Assembly (NCBI GenBank): GCA_964464405.1
Contig: CAYXFX010000003.1
Span: 6,410 to 70,409, forward strand
Length of the DNA: 64,000 nucleotides
Source: an uncultured Candidatus Saccharibacteria bacterium
Lineage (GTDB): Bacteria > Patescibacteriota > Minisyncoccia > UBA11713 > 2-01-FULL-45-33
Reading direction: 5' to 3'
The notes under the pieces are model-generated. The model did no database searches. It saw only the letters and a list, made by a program, of their open reading frames with translations, and was not told where the DNA came from. Every line of letters begins with the position of its first letter. Positions within the stretch are counted from its first letter, which is position 1. Both the position numbers and the translations under genes were made by a program. Shown piece after piece: positions 46,833 through 53,949 of this stretch.

Positions 46833-47325
46833 TTTTTTCTAAAATTGTATTTTGTAAAATCAGATCTTTTGCCTCATTAAGCCGCGGCACTTGTTTTATA
46901 TGAAATGATTTTTCTCCGGCTGTTTGGATAATTATATTGCCATATCCTAGAAGTGTCGGAAGCATTCCAGGCATCTCGATTGTCACGTCTTGCACGCGTT
47001 CCAGAGCAAATTCCGAAATTTCTCTATAAAATAAACCTTTTTGTTCAACATCGACTATTCTCTCGTTTGTTATGATCCACATATCCAAATGATAGTCGGC
47101 CCAAAAAATAAAAAGAATTAATACGAGAATCATTAAATAAACAACAAAAGAAAATGCAAATATAGGCAAATAATAATCTAAGTCAATCGGAATGGTTGTT
47201 AAAAAAGAAAACAACAATAACGGAAAAATTAAAAAAATCAGCCCAAGAAAAAATTTTAAAAACATCACAATCCAGTGTCTATGCAAAACCATCAAAATTT
47301 TTTCATTTCGGTTTAAATTAATCAT
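46819..47325 (-). CDS. Bacterial PH-domain (bPH_2/YdbT-like) membrane protein
   Basis: Two TM, then IVDVEQKGLFYREISEFALERVQDVTIE...IIIQTAGEKSFHIKQV. Confidence 0.55.
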   Translation of the reverse strand: MINLNRNEKILMVLHRHWIVMFLKFFLGLIFLIFPLLLFSFLTTIPIDLDYYLPIFAFSFVVYLMILVLILFIFWADYHLDMWIITNERIVDVEQKGLFYREISEFALERVQDVTIEMPGMLPTLLGYGNIIIQTAGEKSFHIKQVPRLNEAKDLILQNTILEKNERT

Positions 47326-47525
47326 ATTACAGTTGGAATGCTTAAAAACAAAATTAAGGATAATATGTTTAATAAAAACATGACTGCAAGAAAAATTCTC
47401 GGAACCCAGTTTATAAAGTCATGTGGAAGACTATATTCTTTTAAATGCCAAAATGCGGAAAACGTAAAAAACCAATAAACCACCAAAAATACAGCATAAA
47501 TGGATAAAGAAATAAGAAAAACCAT
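47322..47525 (-). CDS. Small membrane protein (67 aa, 2 TM)
   Basis: Hydrophobic ORF overlapping neighbours by 4 nt. Confidence 0.35.
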   Translation of the reverse strand: MVFLISLSIYAVFLVVYWFFTFSAFWHLKEYSLPHDFINWVPRIFLAVMFLLNILSLILFLSIPTVI

Positions 47526-47533
47526 AATTTATA

Positions 47534-48556
47534 TTATATCAACTTTTGTTGATTGGGAGCAGTAAGCCCTAAATGTTCATAAGCGCGGGCGGTTGCGATG
47601 CGGCCGCGGGGAGTGCGGTCCAAAAATCCTAATTGCATGAGAAAGGGTTCATAAACTTCTTCTATTGTGTCTTCTTCTTCCATGATGGAAGCCGCGATTG
47701 TTTGAATACCTACAGGACCGCCGGAAAAATTTTTAATTATTATTTCTAAAATTTTTCTATCCAAAGCCTCAAGCCCCAATTTATCAATTTCTAAAAGATC
47801 CAGCGCATCACTTGCGAACGCCGTAGTAATTACGTTAAATCCTTTTACTTCAGCGAAGTCTCTAGCGCGCTTTAATAATCTATTCGCTATTCTCGGGGTC
47901 CGGCGTGCGCGCGACGCAATTATGGGAATCGCATCTTTTTCTATGTTGATTCCCAAAATTTTTGCGCTGCGCTCAATTATTCGCTCAATATCGCTTTGGG
48001 AATAGTAATCTAGCCGGAAAGTTCCTCCGGAAAATCTTGATCTGAAAGGAGAAGAAAGAAGCGCAAGCCTGGTTGTTGCCGAAACTATGGTAAAGGAAGG
48101 AAGTTCCAATTGTATCACTCTGGCTGAAGGCCCCTTTCCGATGATAATATCGAGAGAACGATTTTCCATTGCGGGATAAAGCACTTCCTCGATCACCTTA
48201 TTTAATCGGTGCACTTCATCGATAAATAAAATATCTCCCGGAGAAAGATTGGTAAGAATCGATGCAAGATCTCCCACCTTTTCAATTGCCGGCCCGGATG
48301 TTATTTTAATCTGGGCGTTAGTTTCTTTGGCAATAATATGCGCAAGTGTGGTTTTGCCTAAACCAGCTGGGCCGCATAAAAGCAAATGTTCAATTGGTTC
48401 TTTTCTTTTCTTTGCGGCCTCTATTAGTATGCGCAGATTCTTTTTTATATTTTCTTGGCCGATGTACTCATTAAAAGATTGCGGGCGCAAAGCTAAATCG
48501 AGCGATTTATCTTCACTTCTTTTTTTAGGAGCAAGATTCATATTTCTTTCATCCAT
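47534..48556 (-). CDS. ruvB: Holliday junction branch migration ATPase RuvB
   Basis: LLCGPAGLGKTTLAHIIA Walker A, sensor motifs and C-terminal winged helix. Confidence 0.95.
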   Translation of the reverse strand: MDERNMNLAPKKRSEDKSLDLALRPQSFNEYIGQENIKKNLRILIEAAKKRKEPIEHLLLCGPAGLGKTTLAHIIAKETNAQIKITSGPAIEKVGDLASILTNLSPGDILFIDEVHRLNKVIEEVLYPAMENRSLDIIIGKGPSARVIQLELPSFTIVSATTRLALLSSPFRSRFSGGTFRLDYYSQSDIERIIERSAKILGINIEKDAIPIIASRARRTPRIANRLLKRARDFAEVKGFNVITTAFASDALDLLEIDKLGLEALDRKILEIIIKNFSGGPVGIQTIAASIMEEEDTIEEVYEPFLMQLGFLDRTPRGRIATARAYEHLGLTAPNQQKLI

Positions 48557-48610
48557 TTGACATCTGTTGACATTATAATAATAATTTGATATAATTCAGA
48601 AAAATAATTC

Positions 48611-48770
48611 TGAAGAGTAGCCTCTAGGCGATAATCCCGGATACCGGGATAGCTGGTTTTATCTTAGCCTCGGATAGCTTGGTTTTCCCGCTTGCGGGAA
48701 GCTACTCGGCTAATCCTCGGAGAAAATCTAAGCTCTATCTACCCATGGAAGAGCAATCGCCTGGAGACTA
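48611..48770. other. Structured element closed by an 18-bp long-range stem (gagtagcctctaggcgat / atcgcctggagactactc), between pilB and ruvB; candidate ncRNA or cis-regulatory RNA
   Basis: Inverted repeats 48611-48628 and 48753-48770 enclose about 125 nt with GC hairpins (cccggataccggg, tcccgcttgcggga). GC-rich relative to flanks; no ORF. Confidence 0.3.
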
Positions 48771-48785
48771 CTCGGCAGAAAACAA

Positions 48786-50459
48786 CTAAACCGAAACGAC
48801 TCTATTTAATTCTTCAAAGGACGTAATTCCGCCCAAAACTTTTAATATTCCGTCTTGATATAAAGTTAACATCTGCTGCATGCGCGCCATTTCGTTAATA
48901 TCAGCTTCGGCTGGGTTTTTAAGAATTAGGCGTTCAACTTTATCGTCGATTAAAAAGAGTTCAAAAATTCCAATTCTTCCTTTAAATCCCGTGAAATTAC
49001 ACGCCTCGCATTCTCCACTACTCCATAACTTAAATTTTTTTGTGACGATGTTTTTTTTAAATTTTTCGGGAATATTTTTTAGTATTTTTTCTATCTGCTC
49101 GCGCTCTTTTTCATCCGGCTCGTATTCTTTTTTACAATTTTTACAAAGTCTTCTGACTAGTCTTTGCGCAATTACAGAATTAATGGCCGGAGCGATAATG
49201 TTTGTTTTTACTCCCAAGTCAATTAATCTTGGAATGGTTCCGGCGGCGTTGTTGGTGTGCAGAGTTGAGAATACAAGGTGTCCGGTGAGTGCTGCGTGCA
49301 TTGCTGTTTCAGCGGTTTCAAGGTCTCTTATCTCGCCTACTAAAATTATGTCTGGATCTTGGCGTAAAATTGATTTTAAGCCGTTAGAAAAATCATATGT
49401 TTTAGATTGGTCTACTTGTGTCTGAGTTACATAAGGAAGGTGATATTCAATCGGGTCTTCGATTGTTACTACCTTTACTTCAACGGACGCAACTTTTTTT
49501 AAAAAAGCATAAAGAGTCGTTGTTTTTCCGGATCCTGTAGGGCCAGTTGTTAAAATCATTCCGTTGGGCCGCGAAAGCTCCTTTTCGATTGTTTCTTTTA
49601 ATTCGTGATGAATGCCTAAATTTTCAAATGTTATTGCGATTGTTTTTGGGAGCAGAATTCTTGTCACTACGGATTCTCCGTAGGGGCCAGGGAGAATCGA
49701 GGTTCTTACTTCTATATCTTCCGTGTTAATTCTTATTGTAAATCTTCCGTCCTGGGGGCGGTCATGAACATTTAATTTGACTTCGGAGACAAGTTTTATG
49801 CGCGAAAGAATCAGTAAAAAAAGCTCTTTTGAAATATCCGATATTTCCTGCAGAACTCCGTCAATTCTGAACCTTATTTTTGCGCCGTCTTCTACGGGTT
49901 CCAAATGTATATCCGAAGCTTCTGCTTCGAGTGCGCCAGCCAAAAGTAATTCCAAAGATTCAGATGCCTTCCTCGATACTTTATCTTGAGATAAAGCTCG
50001 CATCTCTTCTTTAAAAGCTTTTAATGATTTTATTTTTTGCCCGAATGTTTCGATTTTGGATTGATTGATGTTTACAAGTCCAGATTTAATTTCTTCAAAG
50101 CGCGGTATTTCTTTGTATTTTATAAAAGCGCGTTCAATACTGGTTGGAGAAACAAGAAAAAGCTGGATTTCGTAATTTTTCCTTTTAAGATTATCTAAAA
50201 TTTCAGAAACTTCAGGTCTGTCCGGGTTTGTAACTGCGATTTGTAATTTTTTACCAACACTTTGTATCACTGCCAAAGATGCAGATTTAGCTTCTTGCTC
50301 CGGAATTATTTTTAGGGAGTCAATGTCAATGGTCATTAAAGAAAGGTCTAAATATTGAAGGCCGTGCTTTTGGGCCAACGTCTGCGCAAGCTCTTCTTCT
50401 TCTTTTTTTCTTAAGAAGTCAATTGTGCTTCGGGTTTTACTGTTCTCCCCTTGTTTCAT
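48786..50459 (-). CDS. GspE/PilB-family type II/IV secretion / type IV pilus assembly ATPase
   Basis: Walker A GPTGSGKTTTLYA, VTIEDPIEY, Asp/His boxes, C-terminal Zn tetracysteine (CKNC...CEAC). Confidence 0.85.
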   Translation of the reverse strand: MKQGENSKTRSTIDFLRKKEEEELAQTLAQKHGLQYLDLSLMTIDIDSLKIIPEQEAKSASLAVIQSVGKKLQIAVTNPDRPEVSEILDNLKRKNYEIQLFLVSPTSIERAFIKYKEIPRFEEIKSGLVNINQSKIETFGQKIKSLKAFKEEMRALSQDKVSRKASESLELLLAGALEAEASDIHLEPVEDGAKIRFRIDGVLQEISDISKELFLLILSRIKLVSEVKLNVHDRPQDGRFTIRINTEDIEVRTSILPGPYGESVVTRILLPKTIAITFENLGIHHELKETIEKELSRPNGMILTTGPTGSGKTTTLYAFLKKVASVEVKVVTIEDPIEYHLPYVTQTQVDQSKTYDFSNGLKSILRQDPDIILVGEIRDLETAETAMHAALTGHLVFSTLHTNNAAGTIPRLIDLGVKTNIIAPAINSVIAQRLVRRLCKNCKKEYEPDEKEREQIEKILKNIPEKFKKNIVTKKFKLWSSGECEACNFTGFKGRIGIFELFLIDDKVERLILKNPAEADINEMARMQQMLTLYQDGILKVLGGITSFEELNRVVSV

Positions 50460-50501
50460 TCTTTTATTTTAGCTCTTTACAGGAAGTTCTACAAAGAAAA
50501 A

Positions 50502-51587
50502 TTATTGTAAAAGAACTTTCTTTAAAACGGATCTAATTTTAAGCTCGGCTTCCGAAAAAGTTTTAAATCCGTTTACAAAAATATAGGCGGAAGCGATTTC
50601 TGCTCCCAAAAGCTCGGCCGCGCGCTCTGTTGAGGAACGGTTTTTTGACGAAATAATGGCCGAAATTTCTTCCGGTTTTTTTTCAACCAAAAAAGCGGTA
50701 AATTCTCTCTGTGGTTTAATGTTTTCAAGTTCGCGAAGAAGCAAAAAAGAAGAGTTATCCGCGGTTTCATTTGAGGACTCAAAGTCTTTTTTAGATAAAA
50801 ATGACCAAAATGTTTTTAATTCCGGCTCAAATTCGCTGCGTAAAAGCGCGCGTCCAAGCAATTTTTCAAACAACAATCCTTTCAGTGTTTCAAAAGCACC
50901 ATTGATTTTTTGTTGGTCCGCGCCAAGTTTTAACAGGTTTGTTTTTATAACGGACAGTTCCTCATTTGTTTCTCCTAACTTTTTTTCTTCCAAGGAAAAA
51001 AGCGCCCAAAACGGGGTTGCGAATTCATCAGGTATTTTGCCGAAAAAAGTTACAACCATGTCGTATGTTTTTAAAGCGATTCCATTCGGCCGGTCGGAGA
51101 ACCGCACCACATCTTTGTGCGGTGTTTCGGCTAAAATTTCATCCGTTTCCTTTTCGGGAGTATCAACGAGCATCAAAAGATCAACTGCCGCTTTTTCTTT
51201 TACAATTTCTATATTTTCTGTCTTTATTTCGCCGTTTCCGCGCAAAATGAGCTTTAAAATATCGCCCTCCTTTTCATATTTTAACTCTTCGACCGGCAAA
51301 TTTTTGGTATCGAGTTTAATCAAGACGTTTTCGGGGAGTTTTGTGTTTTCTTCTTTAAAAAACACTTTCAAAAAATCAGAAATTTTTGTATTTCCGTCAA
51401 ATTCGAGGTTTGATTTTTTCCCGAGCTTTAAAAAAGAAGCATGCAAAATTTTTGCGACAAGAGTTTTTCCGATATCGTGGTTTTCCCCGATTCTTATCGC
51501 AATGGTTTCGGTTTCGTCCAAAGTATTTTTAAATTTTTGCATTGCTTCGATCATAAATTTATCATTTGGTACATATATTCGTAGCAC
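50502..51587 (-). CDS. Hypothetical protein (361 aa) upstream of pilB in the same operon
   Basis: Intact ORF; no recognisable domain. Confidence 0.4.
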   Translation of the reverse strand: MLRIYVPNDKFMIEAMQKFKNTLDETETIAIRIGENHDIGKTLVAKILHASFLKLGKKSNLEFDGNTKISDFLKVFFKEENTKLPENVLIKLDTKNLPVEELKYEKEGDILKLILRGNGEIKTENIEIVKEKAAVDLLMLVDTPEKETDEILAETPHKDVVRFSDRPNGIALKTYDMVVTFFGKIPDEFATPFWALFSLEEKKLGETNEELSVIKTNLLKLGADQQKINGAFETLKGLLFEKLLGRALLRSEFEPELKTFWSFLSKKDFESSNETADNSSFLLLRELENIKPQREFTAFLVEKKPEEISAIISSKNRSSTERAAELLGAEIASAYIFVNGFKTFSEAELKIRSVLKKVLLQ

Positions 51588-51658
51588 ATAGGTCGATTTT
51601 TATACAATGATGCCCGAAATGTGGATAAGTCTCGTGAAAATTTCTCGGGAGAAAAAGG

Positions 51659-51687
51659 TTGACTTTTCTTCGTTTTGGGTGTAGAAT
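51659..51687 (+). promoter_or_regulatory. Promoter TTGACT-N17-TAGAAT
   Basis: Good -35/-10 spacing upstream of a leader ORF and of 51746..52654. Confidence 0.45.
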
Positions 51688-51745
51688 AAAAGGAGGTTAA
51701 CAATGTCAAAAAAACAAGGCAAAAAAGGAAGGAAAGGAGAAGAAG

Positions 51746-52654
51746 ATGAAAATTAAATCGTTTTTGTTGCTGTGTTTGACTGTTTGGTTTTTTCCGTTCG
51801 GACCGGAGCTGGTCGAGGCGGATGGAGCGAGGTTTTTTAATCAGTCTCGAGTAGTTTCAAATGGGCCTCCGAGCCCACAGACTCCACCGCAGGATTTTCC
51901 GCGGATGGATTCGACGGGACGAGGTTGTTTTATCGCCCGTGACTGCGGGCGGTTGTATGGTTTTGAGGAAATTCCAACACCGGGCGGAGGGGTTGATGTG
52001 CGTCCACCTCCCTCCCTTTACGGGAGACCGCCGACGGTTTATGAAACCGGAAGCTACTCTTACTCCTCCGGCGGATCTTACTATACCGGAGGTAGTGGTG
52101 GAGGTTTCCCGGTTGTCGTTGTTGGCGACTTTTTGGGCATCGGCAGCTTTTTCCGGGCTGTTGGATGTATTTTCGGCTGCGGCCAAAACGTAGTAGCCGG
52201 ACAACCACCCCCGGAAGTCCGGGAACGGATTATTGAACGGGTGGTTGAGCGGGAGTCGGAAAGGCGTGTTGAGCCACCACCAGCTGTTCAGCCGCCCCCT
52301 CCAGTATCGGTTCCCGCGTTGTCGCAAGTCGAAGCACGAAGGCCGACTGCTTCGTTGGTTGCACCAGATGGTGCAAGCGATGATGTATTTAACTCCGTTC
52401 GGTCGCGCCTTTCATCAAAGTACGATTTTGATGAAGGGCGTGTGGTGGATTTCCGATTCACTTTGAAAGAAAAAAAGGTCGGTGATCCAACGCTCGTGAT
52501 CGATGTCAGTCGGTTAGAGCTCGGGACCGGCAGAGAGGTGACTGGTCGCGGCATCGCGCAATATAGAGCGCGAAAGGATGTGGTCGATCAGGCGTCGCTT
52601 CTTAGGGCAATTGAAATGGCGTCCGAAGTGGCCACAAAAAATTTCTTGCAATAA
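51746..52654 (+). CDS. Secreted Gly/Pro-rich protein (302 aa), GC-rich gene, possible lipoprotein-like C-terminal domain
   Basis: Signal peptide MKIKSFLLLCLTVWFFPFGP; markedly higher GC than the genome; SD AGGAG 6 nt upstream. Confidence 0.5.
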   Translation: MKIKSFLLLCLTVWFFPFGPELVEADGARFFNQSRVVSNGPPSPQTPPQDFPRMDSTGRGCFIARDCGRLYGFEEIPTPGGGVDVRPPPSLYGRPPTVYETGSYSYSSGGSYYTGGSGGGFPVVVVGDFLGIGSFFRAVGCIFGCGQNVVAGQPPPEVRERIIERVVERESERRVEPPPAVQPPPPVSVPALSQVEARRPTASLVAPDGASDDVFNSVRSRLSSKYDFDEGRVVDFRFTLKEKKVGDPTLVIDVSRLELGTGREVTGRGIAQYRARKDVVDQASLLRAIEMASEVATKNFLQ

Positions 52655-52665
52655 TTTCAGTTTTT

Positions 52666-52699
52666 AGGGACATCCAGCGCGGTGTCCCTTTCTTTTTTT
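52666..52699 (+). terminator. Rho-independent terminator (agggaca-tccagcgcgg-tgtccct + TTTCTTTTTTT)
   Basis: 7-bp stem plus T-run immediately after the stop. Confidence 0.55.
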
Positions 52700-52756
52700 A
52701 ACCCATTCTTTTTACCCACTTTATTATTTTTTTATTCACATTTTTTCAATGTTCGA

Positions 52757-52780
52757 AATAAAAGCGATCGCCTTTATTTT
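52757..52780. promoter_or_regulatory. 24-bp palindrome AAATAAAAGCGATCGCCTTTATTT overlapping the -35 (TTGACA 52780-52785) of the regulator gene; candidate operator
   Basis: 23/24 self-complementary. The same palindrome occurs at 53367-53390, and a half-site at 2727-2758. Confidence 0.5.
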
Positions 52781-52814
52781 TGACATAAGATTTTTGGGTT
52801 GATAAAGTTAAGTA

Positions 52815-53366
52815 ATGGCTAGATATAGCATAGTAAAAGAAAAAATTTTATTACTTTTGTTGGGAGGAGCAGCTTTACTGTTGGCATATAACCCCAAAAA
52901 ACAACTTAGAGTAATCGAACAAATTTCTAAAGAGTGGAAAAAAATTAACAGAAGAAAACTTTATTACTTTATAAATCAATTTAAATATGAAAGGCTTGTA
53001 GATTTTAGAGAAAACAAAGACGGAACAATAAAAATGGTTTTAAACGATGATGGCAAAAAAAGGGCCTTAGTTTATAGCTTAGATCAGTTGGAACTTAAAA
53101 AAGAACGGGTTTGGGATAAAAAGTGGCGCATTGTAATATTTGATATACCCGAAAAGAAAAAAAGAGGCAGAGAAGCACTAAGGTTGAAACTGAAGGAGTT
53201 GGGGTTTAAGGAATTACAGAAAAGTATTTTTGCTTTTCCATATAAATGTAAGGATGAAATAGATTTTGTAGTCGAAGTGTTTGAGTTGAGGCAATACGTG
53301 AGGTTTATTGAAACTTCAAATCTTTTCCACGACGCAGATTTAAGACTTCATTTCAATCTTGTCTAA
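52815..53366 (+). CDS. PaaX-like transcriptional regulator (N-terminal wHTH + W-x2-W-R-hhhF-DIPE middle domain), short form
   Basis: KEKILLLLLGGAALL...; WDKKWRIVIFDIPEKKKRGREALRLKLKELGFKELQKSIFAFP resembles the PaaX middle domain. Confidence 0.45.
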   Translation: MARYSIVKEKILLLLLGGAALLLAYNPKKQLRVIEQISKEWKKINRRKLYYFINQFKYERLVDFRENKDGTIKMVLNDDGKKRALVYSLDQLELKKERVWDKKWRIVIFDIPEKKKRGREALRLKLKELGFKELQKSIFAFPYKCKDEIDFVVEVFELRQYVRFIETSNLFHDADLRLHFNLV

Positions 53367-53390
53367 AATAAAAGCGATCGCATTTATTTT
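53367..53390. promoter_or_regulatory. Second copy of the 24-bp GCGATCGC-centred palindrome, 1 nt after the regulator stop and upstream of tsaE
   Basis: AAATAAAAGCGATCGCATTTATTT (23/24 self-complementary), followed by TTGGAC...TATAAT promoter-like hexamers. Confidence 0.5.
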
Positions 53391-53449
53391 GGACATCAAC
53401 AAAAGTTTCTTAAAATATAAAAAGTATAATTTGTAAAAAATATAAGAAA

Positions 53450-53932
53450 ATGAAAATTACGACAAAAAGTGGTAAAGAAACAAAAAAATTTGGCGCAAAA
53501 ATTGCAAAAGAAATTTTAAAAGAAAAAAAATGGGGGAAAGCTGTTGTTGTAAGTTTGGAGGGTGATCTTGGCGCTGGCAAAACAACCTTTACACAGGGAT
53601 TTGCAGAGGGTTTGGGTATCCACGAAAAAATCCAAAGCCCGACTTTTGTGATTTTAAAAGTGTATTCAATTACCCCTCCCAGCCCTCCCCTTGTAAAGGG
53701 GAGGAGTTCCAAAAAAATCGGGAGGTTTTCAAAATTAATCCATGTCGACGCTTACCGCTTGCGATCAAAAGATTTTAAAGCGCTTAATTGGGAAGATTTT
53801 ATTCGCGATGAAAAAAATATAATTTTAGTCGAGTGGGGAAATAAAATAAAAAAAATCTTACCGAAAAATTCGATAAGAATAAAATTCGAACACGGAAAAA
53901 ATTTTAACCAGCGCATGATAAAAATCATTTAA
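53450..53932 (+). CDS. tsaE: tRNA threonylcarbamoyladenosine biosynthesis protein TsaE, carrying an in-frame palindromic-element insertion
   Basis: P-loop GDLGAGKTTFTQG, SPTF...DAYRL. The region between them is about 17 aa longer than in E. coli YjeE and is encoded by the GC-rich palindrome (ITPPSPPLVKGRSS). Confidence 0.75.
   Translation: MKITTKSGKETKKFGAKIAKEILKEKKWGKAVVVSLEGDLGAGKTTFTQGFAEGLGIHEKIQSPTFVILKVYSITPPSPPLVKGRSSKKIGRFSKLIHVDAYRLRSKDFKALNWEDFIRDEKNIILVEWGNKIKKILPKNSIRIKFEHGKNFNQRMIKII
53672..53706. repeat. GC-rich palindromic element inside tsaE (acccctcccagccctcccc-ttgtaa-aggggaggag)
   Basis: 9-bp perfect stem cctcccctt/aaggggagg; about 80% identical to the reverse complement of 5509-5553. 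Confidence 0.55.
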
Positions 53933-53949
53933 TAAGTTAAAATATAAGT

